From: the human T2T-CHM13v2.0 reference genome, Homo sapiens
DNA length: 64,000 nucleotides
Reading direction: 5' to 3' (one strand)
Assembly: GCF_009914755.1 (NCBI RefSeq)
Contig: NC_060948.1
Of this stretch, positions 1 to 15,729 are shown piece after piece. Below the pieces are notes generated by a model that saw only the letters and a list, made by a program, of their open reading frames with translations, ran no database searches and was not told the DNA's origin. Positions within the stretch are counted from its first letter, which is position 1. The number at the start of each line of letters is the position of its first letter. The position numbers and the translations under genes were made by a program.

Positions 1-3000
1 TATACTGAACTCCACCCCACTCCACTCCACTACATTCCATTCCATACCTTTCCATTCCATTCCTTTCCATTCCATTCCACTCAAATCCATTCCACTCCAA
101 TTCATTCCACTACACTCCTTTCCACTCCACTCCTTTTCACTCCATTCTACTCCATCGCACTCCACTCCAATCCACTCCATTTCATTCCATTCCATTCCAT
201 TCCACTCCACTCCATTCCAATCCATTCTACTCCATTCCATTACATTGCTTTAATTTGACTAGATCTCATTCAGTCACCCAGATTGGAGTGCAGTGGAAAA
301 ATATCAGCTCACATTTCTTTTGACCAGTCCATTCCATTCCATTCCATTCCATTCCATTCCATTCCATTCCATTCCATTCTTTTACATTCTTCTCTATTCC
401 AATGCACTCCGAACCACTCCACTCAACTCTACTCCAATCCCGTGCACTGCACTCTCTTGTATTCCTTTCTACTGTGTTCCATTCCATTCCATTGCATACT
501 ATACCATTCGATTCCACTCCACTCCAATCCATTCCACTCAATTCCACTCCACTCCACCCCACTGCCCTCCACTCCATTCCATTCCATTCCGCACCACTCC
601 TTTCCACTCCACTCCATTTCATCCAATTCTACTCAATTCCACTCCACTAATATCCACTCCAATGCATTCCACTAAACTCCATGCCCTTCCACTCCATTCC
701 ACTCCATTCCTCTCCATTGTATTGCATTCCATTCCATTCCATTGCACTCCATTCCTCTCCATTATATTGCATTCCATTCCATTTCATTGCACTCCATTCC
801 ATTCCATTCCATTGCACTCCATTCCATTCCATTCCACTTCATTGCATTCTACTCCACTCCACTCCATTTCATTCCATTCCATTCCACTCCAGTCTCTTCC
901 AATCCACTCCTGTGCATTCCATTAAATTCCATTGCATTCCACTGCACTGTAATCCACTCCAATCAATTCCACTCCACTCCAATCCAATCCGTTCGATTCC
1001 ATTCGGTTCCCTTCCATTCCATTTCCCTCCATACGATTACACTCCACTCCGTTCTGCTCCACGCCATTTCTCTCCTTTCCACTTTATTCGACTCCACACC
1101 ACTCCACACCATTCCATTCCACTTCACTCCATTCCATTACACTCCATTCCATTCCATTCCATTCCACTCCACCCCATTGCACTCCACTCCACTCCATTTC
1201 ATTCCATTCAAATCCATACCATGGCATTTCAATCTACTCCACTCCACTCCATTCCACTCCACTACATTCCACTCCACTCCACTCCATTCCACTCCATTCT
1301 ATTCCAATCCACTCCATTCCATTCCATTGTACTCCATTCCATTCCATTGTACTCCATTCCATTCCATTGCTTTATTTCGTATGAATCTCACTCTGTCACC
1401 AAGAGTGGAGAGCAGTGGCACAATCTTAGCTGACATTTCATCTCACCATTCCATTCCATTCCATTCCATTGCATTCCATTCCATTCCACTCAGTTCCTCT
1501 GAAATCCGATCCACTCCACACAATTGCACTCCAATCCACTCCACTCCATTCCACTTAGTTCAAATCCGTTCTGTTCCGTTCAATTCTATTCTGTTCCATT
1601 CCATGCCACTCTTTTCCACTCCATTCCACGCCACTCAATTCCACCCCACTCTATTCCACTCCACTCTATTCCACTCGAATCCATTCCATTTCTTTCCATA
1701 CATTCCATACCAGTAGATTCCATTCCATTCCATTCCATTCCATTCCATTCCATTCCATTCCACTTCACTCAGACCCACTCCACTCAACTCCACTCCACTG
1801 CACTCCACTCCATTCCGTTCCATTCCGTTCCGTTCCATTCCATTATATTCCACTCCACTCCTTTCCTTTCCAATCCATTCCACTGAAGTCCGCTTCACTC
1901 CACTCCTGTCCACTCCATTCCATCCCATTCCGTTCCAATTCACTCTGATTTACTCCACTCAACTCCACTCCAATCCACTCCGGTACACTCCTTTCCATTC
2001 CATTCCATTCTGTTCTGTGCCACTCCATTCCCTTCCACTCCAATCCATTCCATTCCACTCTATTCTTCTCTGCACCTTTTCACTCCATTCCACTCCACTC
2101 CACTCAAATCCACTCTACTCGAATCCATTACATTTCAATCCACTCAATTCTATTCCACTACATTCCATTCCATTCCATTCCACTCCATTCAACTTCAATC
2201 CACTCCAGTCAAATCTACTCCACACCATTCAATTCCATTCAACCACAATCCACTCCATTCCATTAGATTCCTTTCCATTCCATTCCACTGCACTCTGATA
2301 CACTTGACTTAACTCCACTCCACTCCACTCAACTGTCCTCCATTTCGTTCTGTTCCATTCCTGTCCATTCCATACCATTCCACTCTGTTCCTCTCCATTC
2401 CATTCTACTCCATTCCATTTCACTCCATTTTAATCCATTCCACTCCATTCCACTACAATCTACTCTGTTCCATTCAATTCCATTCCAATGCATGCTGATC
2501 CAGTCTAGTCAACTCCACTCTAATCCACTCCATTCCACTACTTCCTTTAAGTTCCGTTCCATTCCATTCCATTATACTCTATTCTTTTCCACTCCACTCC
2601 TTTTCACTCCACTCCATTTCACTCCATTCTACTCTATTCCAGTACACTCCTCTCCACACCCATCCTTTCCTCTGCATTCCATTGCACTCCATTCCATTCC
2701 ACTCCATTCCATTGCATTCCTGTCCTTTCCATTCCATTCCTCTCAATTCCACCCAATTCCACTACATTCCATTCCAGTCCATTCCATTCCACTCCACTCC
2801 AATCCACTCTATTCCATTCCTTTCCACCCCATTAAGTTCCATTCCCTTCCATTCCATTCCACTCCATTGCACTCCATTCCACTCCACCCATTCCAATCCA
2901 CTCCATTCCGCTCCACTCCACTCCATTCCACTACATTCCATTCCATTCCTTTCCTTTCCATTACGTTTATTCCATTCCATTCCATTCCATTCCATTTCCT

Positions 3001-6000
3001 TACATTCCACTCCACTCCATTCCCTTTAATTCCTTCCATTCCACAGAACTCCGATTCACTTTACTCAACCCCTTCCACTGAACTGCACTCTGTTCCATTC
3101 CTTTCCGTCCATTCCCTTCAGTTCCATTCCCTTACACTCCACCCATTCCACTCCACTCCATTACACTCCACTTCATTTCAATCCATTACACTCCATTGCA
3201 CTCCTCTCCTCTCCACTCCACTCCTATTCAATCCATTCCATGCCACTCAATTCCATTCCATTCCATTCCTTTCCAGTCCATTTCACTCCATTACACTCCA
3301 CCCTTTCCATTCCACTGCATTCCACTCCACACCACTGCATTCCACTCCTCTCCACTCCATTCCCTTCCACTCCATTCCATTCCATTCTAGTTCATTTCAA
3401 TTCATTCCTTTATTTCCACTTGATCTCACTCTGTCACCAATACTGGAGTGCAGTGGCAGAATCGTGGCTCACATTTCATTACACTTTTCCATTCCATTCC
3501 GTTCCATTCCATTCCATTCCATTACATTCTGTTCCATTACATTTCATTGCACTCAACTTCATTCCATTCCACTACATTCCTCTCCCTTCCACTTTACTCC
3601 ACTCCACTCCTTTCCATTCATTTCCATCCAGAGCACTCCGATCCACTCTATTCAACTCCAATCCACTCCACTCCTCTCAGCTCTGTTCTGTTCCATTGCT
3701 TTCCATTCCATTCCATTCCATTCCATTCTGATCCGTTCCCATCCATTCCATTCCATTCCACTCCATACCATTCCATTCCATTCCATTCCAATCCATTCCA
3801 CTCCACTCCACTCCATTCCACTCCACTCCACTCCATTCAACTCCATTCCATTGCATTCCCCTCCATTGCATTCCGTTCCATTCCTATCCATTCCACTCCA
3901 TGCCTCTCCACTCCATTCCACTCCACTCTTTTACACTCCATACCAATCCACTTCATTCAATTCCATTCCATTTTTCTCCATTCAATTCCATTCTTTATTT
4001 CGACTGGATCTCACTCTGTCACCCAGACTCTAGTGTAGTGCCACAATCTTAGCTCATATTTCATTTCACCACTCCATTCCATTCCACTCCACTCCACTCC
4101 ACTCCACTTCACTCGACTCCGTTCCATTACACTCCATACCAATCCATTCCACTCCTCTCCACTCAATTCCATTCCACTAAATTCCATTCCATTCCATTCC
4201 ATTCCATTCCATTCCATTCCATTCCACTCTAATCCTCTTCAATCCGCTCCACTCCAATCCACTCCAATCCATTCCATTCCCTTCCATTCCTCTCCACTAC
4301 ATTCCATTCCAATCCCTTCCACTGTACTCTTATCCACTCCACTCAACTCCACTCAACTCCATTCAACTCGAATCCTTTCCCTTCCATTCCATTCCATGCC
4401 ATTCTATTCCATTCCATTCCTTTCCGTTCCATACCATTCCATTCCATTCTATTCCATTCCACTCCACTCCACTCCATTCCATTCCATTCCTATCCATTCC
4501 ACTCCAATGCACTCCGTTCGAGAACACTCCACTCTTCTCCACTCCACTGCAATCCATTCCATTGTATTCCATTCTGCTGCACCCCGATCCACTCCAATAA
4601 ACTCCAGTTCACTCCACTCCATTCCGTTGCATTACGTTCCTTTCTGTTCCGTTCCGTTACTTTCCATTCCGCTCCATTTCATTCCATTCCACTAAATTCC
4701 ACTCAGCTGCCTTCCACTCCACACCACTCCATTCCACTCCATTTCATTCCACTCCAATCCAATTCATTCCATTCTACTCCATTCCTTTACGTTCTTTTAT
4801 TTCGACTGGGTCTCACTCTGTCTCACAGACTGGAGTGCAGTGGCACAATCTTAGCTCACCTTTTTTTGCAGCATTCTTTTCCATTCCATTTCATTCCATT
4901 CCATTACATTCCACTGCACTGCGACCTACTCCACTCAACTCCACTCCATTTCACTCCATTATACTACATTCCTTTCCATTCCATTCCACTCCATACCATT
5001 CGGTACAATTCCACTACATTTGATTCCATTCCTCTCCACTCCATGCCATTCCATTCCATTCCACTCAACTCCACACCACTTTACTCCAATCCACTCCAAA
5101 CCACTACATTCCATTCCATTCCATTCCACTTCTTTCCTTTCAACTGCACTCTGACCCTTTCTGCTCAACTCCACTCCACTCCAGTCCACTCCGTTCCATT
5201 CACTTCAACTCCATTTCTTTCCATTCTCTTCCATTCCACTACATTCCATTCCACTCCACTCCACTCCATTGCACTCCCCTCCATTTATCGCCATTCCACT
5301 CCATTAAAACCCACTCCACTCCACTCCATTCCATTTCACTCCATGCCACTCCATTGCACTTCACTCCACTCCAGTATACTCCTCTCCACTCCATTCCATT
5401 CCATTCTACTCCATTCCACTCAACTTCATTCCATTCCACTCTGGTCCACTCCATTCCACTCGACTCCACTCCATTCCATTCCTTTCCACTCCATTCCAGT
5501 ACACTCCATTCCACTGCATTCCACTCCATTCCATTCCACTCCATTCCACCCCATTCCACCCCATTCCATTCCACTCCATTCCATTCCACTCCACTCCATT
5601 CCATTCAATGCTACTGCATTCTATTCCAATCTTTATTTCCACGGGATTATCTCTGTTACCCAGACTTGAGTGCAGAGGCACAATCTTAGCTCTCTTTTCA
5701 TTTCATCATTCCATTCTATTCCATTTCATTCCATTCCATTGCATTCCGTTCCACTGCATTCCACTCCTCTCCACTTTTCTCCATCCTATTCCACTCCACT
5801 CCATTCAATTCCTCTCCCTTCCAATCCATTCCATTCCACCCCACCCCATTCCACTCCATTCCACTTCTTTGCATTCTACTCCACTGAATTCCATTCCATT
5901 CTACTCCTTTCCATTCCGTTTCTTTATTGTGACTGGATTTCACTCTGTCAACCAGACTGGAGTGTTGTTGCACAACCTTATATCACATTTCATTTTACCA

Positions 6001-7909
6001 TACCATTCCGTTCCATTGTATTCGAATCCACTTTTTCCATTCCTTTCCAGTCCATTCCATTCCACTCCATTCTACTCCATTCCAGTCCACTCCATTCCAA
6101 TCCACCTTACTCCAGTACAATCCACTCAAATCAACTCCATTCCACTCCATTCCATTCCTTTCCATTCCCTTCCATTCCATTCCACTGCATTCCGATCCAC
6201 TGCACTGAACTCCACTCCACTCCACTCCATTCTGTACCATTTGATTCCGTTCCATTCTATTCAATTTCATTCCATTCTACTCCACTCCATTCCATTCCAC
6301 TTTATTACATAACATTCCACTCCACTCCACTCTATTCCATTCCATTCTATTCTGTGCACTCCGATCCATTCCACTGAACTCCATTCCACTCCATTCTATT
6401 CAGTTCCATTCCGTTCCGTTCCGTATCATTCCTTTCCACTCCATTCCATGCCACTTCACTCCATTCCACTCTACTCATCCAGTCCATTCAATTACACTCC
6501 ATTCCATTCCATTACACTTTGTTCCATTACACTCCATTCTACACCATTCCAATCCATTCCACTCCACTCCATTCCAGTCCTCTCCATTCCACTCTACTCA
6601 ACTCCATTCCACTCCATTCAATTCCATTCCACTCCATTCCATTACTTTAAATTCCAACCCATTCTCCTCCACTCCATTGCACTTCATTTCGTTAGACTCC
6701 TCTCCACTTCGTTCCACTCCATTCCATTCCACTCCACTCCATTGCATTTCATTCTACTCCATTCCATTCTGTAAGTTTATTTCGACTGGATCTCACCCTG
6801 TCACCCACACTGGAGTGCAGTGGCACAATCTTAGCTTATATTTCATTCCACCGTTCCATTGCATTCCACTCCACTCCAGTCCGCTCCACTCCATTCCATT
6901 GCATTCTTCTCCATTCCATTCCATATATTTATTTTGACCGGATCACACTATGTCAACCATACTGGAATGAAGTGGCACAATCTTAGCTCACTTTTCATTT
7001 CACCTTTCCATTCCATTCCATTCCATTCCACTTCATTCCACTCCATTCCACTCCACTCCAATCCACTCGACTTCATTCCATTCAATTCCACTCCAATCTA
7101 CTCCATTCCACTTCACTCCTTTCCATTCCACTCCAATCCACACCATTGCTTTTCACTCCACTACAATCAATTCCATTCCATTTCATTAAATTCCAATCTT
7201 TTGCATTCCATTCCATTCCATTCCATTCCATTGCATTCCATTCCATTCCATTCCTTTCCACTCCATTATATTCCATTCAACTCCATTGCGGTCCATTTTT
7301 CTCCACTACACTCCATGCCAATCCACTCCACTCAACTACACAGCACTCCACTCCATTCCATTCCACTCCACTCCATTCTATCCCATTCCATTCCATTCCA
7401 TTCCATTCCATTCCATTAAATTCCATTCCATTCTACTCTACTCCTATCCATTTCACTCCACTCCGCTCCACTTCACTCAGTTCCATTCCATTCCATTATA
7501 TTCCATTCCATTCCATTACGTTCCATTACATTATATTCCACTCCACTCGATTCCATTCCACTCCATTCCCCTCCATTCCACTGCACTCCACTCCACTCCA
7601 CTCCCATCTACTCCATTCCATAGCACTCCATTCCATTCCAGTGTACTCCAATCCACTCCACAGAACTGTACTCCACTTCACTCCTTTCCATTCCGTTCCG
7701 TTCCATTCCATTCCTTTTGATTCCACTGCTTTCCCTTTCATGCCACTCCACTCCACTCCGATTCATTTCACTCCTTTCCACTCCATGCCACTCCATTCCT
7801 CTCCACTCCACTCCGCTACACTACACTCCACTACATTCCACTCCATTTCACTCTATTCCATTGCATTCCAATTCTTTCCACTCCATTTCACTCCCCTCCA
7901 GTACACACC

Positions 7910-8560
7910 ACTCCACTCCATTCTATTCCACTTCTCTCCATTCCATTCCATTCCCTTCCATTCCATTCCACTGCACTCCGATCCACTCCACTCCACTCCA
8001 CTCTACTCCATTGCAGTCCATTACATGTGATTCCATTACACTCCATTCCACTTCTCTCCACTCCACTGCACTCTACTCCACTCCATTCCACTCCATCCCA
8101 TTCCATTCCACTCCATTCCACTGCACTCGTCTTCACCCAATATCTCTCCACCTCATTCCATTCCATTCCATTCCACTGCCCTCCACCACATTCCACTCCA
8201 CTTCACTCCACTCCACTCCACTCTACTCCAGCACACTCCATTCCATTCCATTCTATTCCATTCCATTCCATTCCATTTTATCCTATTCCATTCCTTTCCA
8301 ATCCATTCCATTCCATTCCTTTGCTTTCCATTCCATTCCATTCCATTAAATTCCTTTCCACTCTATTCTCTTCCATTCCACTCCATTCCATTCCACTCCT
8401 CTCCATTCTATTCCAGCCCATTGCACTCCTCTCTACTCCATTCCATTCCATTCCATTCCATTCCACTTCACTGCACTCCATTCCATTCCATTCCTTTCCA
8501 TTCCAGTCCATTCCCCTCTACTCCATTCCTTTCCAATCCATTCCTCTCGACTGCACTCCA
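7910..8560 (+). repeat. Dispersed partial copy of the ~0.9-1.0 kb higher-order unit
   Basis: Shares ttacatgtgattcc, cgtcttcacccaatatctctcc (8128), ttgctttcc (8321), ccagcccattgc (8413) and ttcctctcgactgc, in the same order as 15730-18990. Confidence 0.88.
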
Positions 8561-11500
8561 TTCCATTCCACTCCACTCCTTTCCATTCCATTCCACTCCA
8601 CTCCACTCTACTCCACTCCATTCCACTCCACTCCATTCCATTCTATTCCATTCGATTCCACTGAACTCCATTCCATTCCATTCCATTCCATTCCATTCCA
8701 TTCATTCCATTCATTCCATTCCATTCCTCTCCATTCCATTCCTTTCCATTCCATTCCATTGCACTTCACTCCAATCCACTTCAATCAAATACAGTCTACT
8801 CCACTCCACCCCACTCTGTTCTGTTCAATTCCATTCCAGTCCGTTCCATTCAATTCCCTTCCATTACATTTCATTCTATTCCACTCCACTCCATTCCATT
8901 CTCCTCCATTCCACACCATTCCTCTCCACTCCACTGCACTCCACTTCACTAAATTCCACTCTACTCCACTCTATTCCATTCCACTCCACTCCAATCTATT
9001 CTACTCCATTACACTCCGATCCACTCCACTCCACTCCCCTCTGCTATACTCCAGTCCATTCCATTCTGTTCCATTCCATTCCATTCCACTACATTCCAAT
9101 GCACTCCACTCAGTTCTACTCCACTCCATTTCACAACATTCCACTCCATTCCACTCCACTCCACTCTACTCCACTCTCCTCTACTCCATTCCATTCCATT
9201 TACTACGTTCCATTTCATTTCTCTCCATTCCATTGCATTTCAATCCTTTCCATTCCATTCCATTCTTTTCCACTCAATTCCACTCCATTCCATACCACTC
9301 CACTCCATTCTTTTTCACTCCACTCCATTCTTTTTCACTCCACTCCATTCCACTCCATTCCATTCCATTCTACTTCATTGCATTCCAATCCGTGCCACTC
9401 CATTGCCTTCCACTCCATTCCCTGTACTGCATTCAACAGCTCTCCACTCTATGCAACTCTATTCCTTTCCATTCTACTCCATTCCTTTCCATTTCTTTAT
9501 TTCGACTGGATGTAATTCTGTCACTCAGACTGGAGTGCAGTGGCACAATCTCAGCTCACATTTCCTTTCAACATTGCACTCCATTAAATACCTTTGCATA
9601 CCACTGAACTCATTTCCACTCCACTCCACTCCATTCAATTCCAATCCACTGCACTAAAATCAAATCCACTCATCTCCACTTCTGTCCACCCAACTCCACT
9701 CCATTCCATTGCATTCCTTTCCATTGTGTTCCGTTTTGTTCCATTCCACTGCATTCTATTCCATTACACACCATTCCACTCTACTCCGTTTCACTCCATT
9801 CCATTCCATTTCACTCAAGTCCACTCCACTCCTCTTCACTCTGGTCCGTTACATTCCATTTGATTCGATTCGATTCCATTCGATTCCATTCAATTCCATT
9901 CCACTCCGATCAACTCCAATCAACTCGACTCCACTCCACTCCGTTCCATTCCATTCCATTCCATTCCACTGCACTCTAATCTACTCCTCTCAACTCCTTT
10001 CCTTTCAATTCCACTCCATTACATTTCATTCCACTCCACTCCTTTCTACGCCACTCCATTTCACTACATTCCTCTCCATTCTAATCTATTCCACTCCACT
10101 CATCTCCTTTCCATTCCATTCCATTTCATTCCATTCTTCTGCACTCCAATCCTCTCCACTCAACTCTTCTCCACTCCAAACCCTTTGATTCTGTTCCATT
10201 CCATTCTATTCTGTTCCATTGCATTCCATTCTAATCCTCCCCATTCCTTTCCACTCCTCTGCACTCCACTCCACTACCCTCCACCCCATTCCCTTCCATT
10301 CCTTTCTATTCCAGGACACTTCAGTCCAATCCACTCCACTCCACTCCACTCCATTCCGTTGCATTCCCTTTTGTAACGTTCCGTTCCATTCCATTAAACT
10401 CCATACCATTCCACTCCACTCCAGTCCACTCCACTGCATCCAAGTCAATTCAATTCCACTCAATTCTATTCCATTCCACTCTGTTCTATTTCATTCCATT
10501 CCACTCCATTCCACTACCTTCCAATCCACTCGATTCCCCTACTCTCCATTCCACTCCACTCAACTCCATTCCATTCCATTGTACTACATTTCCTTCCTTT
10601 CCATTCCACTCCGTTCCACTCCATTATCCTCCAGTCCATTCCACTTCATTCCTTTAGACACCATTCCACTCCATTCCACGCTATTCCATTCCACTATACT
10701 CCAATCCTTTCCATTCTACTCCATTCCATTCCGAAACTTTATTTCGACTGGATCTCACTCTGTCACTCAGACGGTAGTGCAGTAGCACAATCTTTGGTCA
10801 CATTTCATTTCACCATTCCATTCCATTCCATTCCATTCCATTCCATTCCATTCCATTCCATTCCATTCCAATCTACTCCACACCACTCCACTCTATTCCA
10901 CTACATTTCATTCCAATCTACTCCATTCCATTCCATTCCACTCCATTCCATTCCATAACTTTATTTCGACTGGCTCTCACTCTGTCACCCAGACTGGAAT
11001 GTAGTGGCACAATCTTAGCTCACTTTTCATTTCCCCTTTCCGTTACATTCCATTCCACTTCATTCCATTCCATTCCATTTCATGCCATTCCACTCCAATC
11101 TACTCCACTACAATCCACTCCACTTCACTCCATTCTGTTCCACTTCATTCCACTTCAATCCAGTCCACTCCATTCCATTCCACTCCAATCAACTGCATTG
11201 CTTTACACTCCACTCAATTCTATTCCACTCCATTCCATTCAATTTCACTCCAGTCCATTCTATTCTATTGCACTCTACTCAACTCCACTCCACTCCACAA
11301 CACTACACTCCATTCCATCCCATTTTGCTCCATTCCATTCCATTCCTTTATTTCGACTGGATCTCACTCTGTCACCAAGATCAGAGTGCAGTGGCAGAGT
11401 CTTAGCTCACATTTCATTCCACCATTCCACTCCACTCCACTCCATTCCATTCCACTCCACTCCATTCCATTCCACTCCACTCCATTCCATCCCATTCCAT

Positions 11501-12577
11501 TCCATTCCACTCCATTCCATTCCATTCCACTCAACTTCATTGTTTTTCACCCCACTCAATTCTATTCCACTCCATTCCATTCCATTTCACTCCAGTCCAT
11601 TCGATTCCATTCCATTCCACTCCACTCCATGCTATTCCATTTGGCACCATTCTATTCCTTTCCAATGCACTGCACTCCAATTCACTCCACACCATGCTAC
11701 TCCATTCCATTCCACTCCACTCCACTCCACTACAATCCATTCCCTTCCATTCCAGTCCACTCCATTCCATTCCTTTCCATTCCATTCCATTCTGTTCCAC
11801 TCCATTCCTTTCCGTTCCATTCCATTCTATTCCATTGCATTGCATTGAATTCCATTGCATTCCATTCCTTTGAATTCCACTGCACTCTGATCCACTTCAG
11901 TCAACTCCCTTCCATTCCTCTCCACTCCATTCATCTCCACTCTTTCCACTCCACTCCACCCCATTCCACTCCATTCTATTCAACTCCACTCCTTTTCATT
12001 CTATTCTACTCCATTCCATTGCAATCCTTTATTTTGAGTGGATCTCACTCTGTCACCAGGACTGGAGTGAAGTGGTACTATTTTAGCTCACATTTCATTT
12101 CACCATTCCATTCCATTCCACTCCATTCCACTCCACTCCACTCCACTCCGTTCCACTCCTCTCCATTTCATTCCACTCATCTCCATTCCATTCCACTCCA
12201 CTCCACTCCGTTCCTCTCCACTCCATTCCATTTCATTCCATACCATTCCATTCATATCCACTCCATTCCATTCCACTCCAATCATCTCCATTTCTTTTCA
12301 TTCCACTCAATTGTATTCCACTCCATTCTATTCCATTTCACTCCAGTCCATTTCATTCCTCTCCACTCCATTCTATTCCATTTGACACCGTTCCATTCCA
12401 TACCACTCCACTGCTCTCCAATTCACTCCAAACTATGCCACTCCATTCCATTCCACTCCACTCCACTACACTGCAATCCGTTCTCTTCCATTCCACTCTA
12501 TTGCATTCCATTCCATTTCATTACATTCCATTCCTGTACATTGCATTCCATTCCATTCCTTTCAGTTCCACTGCACT

Positions 12578-13100
12578 CTGATCCACTTCAGTCAACTCCT
12601 CCCCACTCCACTCCATTCAACTCCACTCCTTTCCACTCCACTCCATTCCATTCCACTCCACTCCCATACATTACAATCCATTCCCTTCCATTCCACTCCA
12701 ATCAATTCCATTCCATTCCATTCCATTCCATTCCATTCCATTCCATGCCATGCCATGCCATGCCATTCCATTCCATTCCATTCCATTCCATTCCATTCAA
12801 ATCCTTTCAATTCCACTGCAGTCTGATCCACTTCAGTCAACTCCTCCCCACTCCACTCCATTCAACTCCACTCCTTTCCACTCCACTCCATTCCATTCCA
12901 CTCCACTCCCATACATTACAATCCATTCCCTTCCATTCCACTCCAATCAATTCCATTCCATTCCATTCCATTCCATTCCATTCCATTCCATGCCATGCCA
13001 TGCCATGCCATTCCATTCCATTCCATTCCATTCCATTCCATTCCATTCCATTCCATTCAAATCCTTTCAATTCCACTGCAGTCTGATCCACTTCAGTCAA
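12578..13100 (+). repeat. Recent tandem duplication, ~245-260 bp unit, containing a (CATGC)n run
   Basis: The marker ctgatccacttcagtcaactc occurs at 12578, 12823 and 13083, and ctcccatacattacaatcc at 12661 and 12906. The copies differ mainly in CATTC count. Confidence 0.9.
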
Positions 13101-15729
13101 CTCAACTCCATTCCATTCAACTCCACTCCTTTCCAATCCACTCCAATCCATTCCACCCCACTTCACCCAATTCCACTCCATTCCATTCCACTCCCCTACT
13201 TTTCATTCTATGCTACTCCATTCCATTCCTTTCATTTATTTCGACTGGATCTCACTCTGTCACACAGACTAGAGTGCAGTGGCACAATCTTAGATCACAT
13301 TTCATTTCACCATTCCATTGCATTCCTTTCCACTCCACTCAATTCCATTCCATTCCAGTCCTTTCCACTCCACTCAACTCTACTCCAGTCCACTCCTTTC
13401 CATTCTGCTCCATTCCGTTCTGTTCCATTCCACTCCATTCCTTTCTATTCCGTTCCCTTCCATTATATTCCATTCCATTAAATTCCATTCCATTCCATTC
13501 CATTCCATTCCATTCCATTCCATTCCATTCCATTCCATTCCACTGCAATCCAATCCACTTCACTCAACTCCACTTCACTCCAGTCCACTCGGTTATCATC
13601 CATTCCATTCCATTCCATTCCACTGCATTCCATTCCATTCCATTTCATTCCACTGCATTCCATTCCATTGCTTTCCTCGAAAATATCTCACTCTGTCACC
13701 CAGCCTGGAGTGCTGTGGCACAATGTCAGCTTTCATTTCACTTCGCCTGTCCATTCAAATCCATTCTATTCTCTTCCATTCCATTCCACTCCACTAGACT
13801 CCACTCCAGTCAATTCCACTCCACTCCACTTCAATCCATTCCAGTACACTCCACTCATTTCCTTCCAATCCAATTCCATTGCACTCCTTCCCACTCCACT
13901 GCACTCCACTCCATTCCATTCCATTCCATTGCAATCCACTGCACTCCACTCCACTCAAATCCATTTTACTCATTACATTTCTGTTCCCCTCCATTCCATT
14001 CCATTCCACTCCATTCCACTCTACTCCATTGCAGTCTACTCCATTCCACTCCACTCCATTCCACTCCACTCCACTCCAATCCAGTACATTCCTTTCCACT
14101 TTACTTCATTCCACTACACTGCACTCCATTCCACACCACTCCACTCCATTCCATTCCTGTCTATTCCACTCCATTGCAGTTCAATCCCCTCCATTGTATT
14201 CCACGACACTCCGTTCCACTCCACTCCACTCCTTTCCACTCCACTCCACTCCATTTCATTCCATTCCATTCCACCCCACTACACTCGAAACAACTATACT
14301 CCTTTCCATTGCATTCCATTCCATTCCATTCCATTCCATTCCATTCCATTGCATTCCATTCCACTCCACATCACTCCACTCCACTCCACTCCATTCCACT
14401 TCACTCCACTGTACTCCACTCCACTTCACCCCACAACACTCCATTCCATTTCACTCCACTCCACTTCATTCCACTCCACTCTATTCCATTCCACTCCAAT
14501 CTATTCCATTCCATTCCATTCCATTCAAACCCGTTCCATTCCACTGCACTCCATTCCATACCACTCCACTCCACTCCATTACACCCCATTCCATTCCGTT
14601 CCACTCCAATTCAGTCCACTCCTCTCCACTCTCCTGCCTTCCACTCCATTCCATTCCACTACATTCAATTTCATTCATTTCTTTACACAAGATCTCTCTC
14701 TGTCACAAAGGCTGGAGTGCAGTGGCACAATATCAGCTCAGTTTACTTTTCACTATTCCTTTGCATTCCATTCCATCCCATTTCATTCCACACTTTCTCA
14801 CTCCATTCCACTCCACTCCATTTCAATACATCCCAGTCCATTCGACTCCATTCCACTCCACTCCTTTCCACTCTTTTCCACTCCACTTCACTCCATTCCA
14901 ATCCATTCCATTCCATTCCATTCCACTCCATTTCATTCCATTCCATTCCATTCCATTCCATTCCATTCCATTCCATTCCATTCCATTCCATTCCATTTCT
15001 CATCATTGAATTCCATTCCTTTCTTTCGACACGATATCACTGTGTCACCCAGGCTAAAGTGCAGTGGCATAATCTCAGCTCACATTACATGACAACTTTC
15101 CATTGCATTGCCTTCTATTCTATTACATCACATTATATTGCATAGCTTTGCATTGCGTTGCATTGCATTGCATTCCATACCATTCCATTCCATTCCATAC
15201 CATTCCATTGCATTCCACTCCATTCTATTCCATTCCAATCCACTCCTATTCACTCCACTCCACTCCAATCCAATCCAATCCATTCCATTCCATTAAAATC
15301 TACTCCATTCACCTCAATTCCACTAAACTCTACTCCACTCTTCTCCACTCTACTCCACTCCAATCCATTCCATTCCATTCCATTCCACTCCATTCTCCTC
15401 CATTACACTCCATTATACTCCATTCCATTCAACTTCACTCCACTCCACTCCACTCCACCTCATTCCATTCCCGTTCACTACACTTCACTCAATTCCACTC
15501 CATTCCCCTCCAATCCATTCCATTCCAATCCACTCCACACGACTCCACTCCACTCCATTCCATTGGATTCTATTCCACTCCGCTCCACACAATTTCATCC
15601 CATTCCACTCCATTCATTTCCACTCCACTCCACCTCACTCTAGTCCACCCCACTCCAATCCACTGCATTCCATTCCATTCCAGTGCAATCCACTCCACTC
15701 AAATCAATCCCACTCCTCTTCTCTACTCC

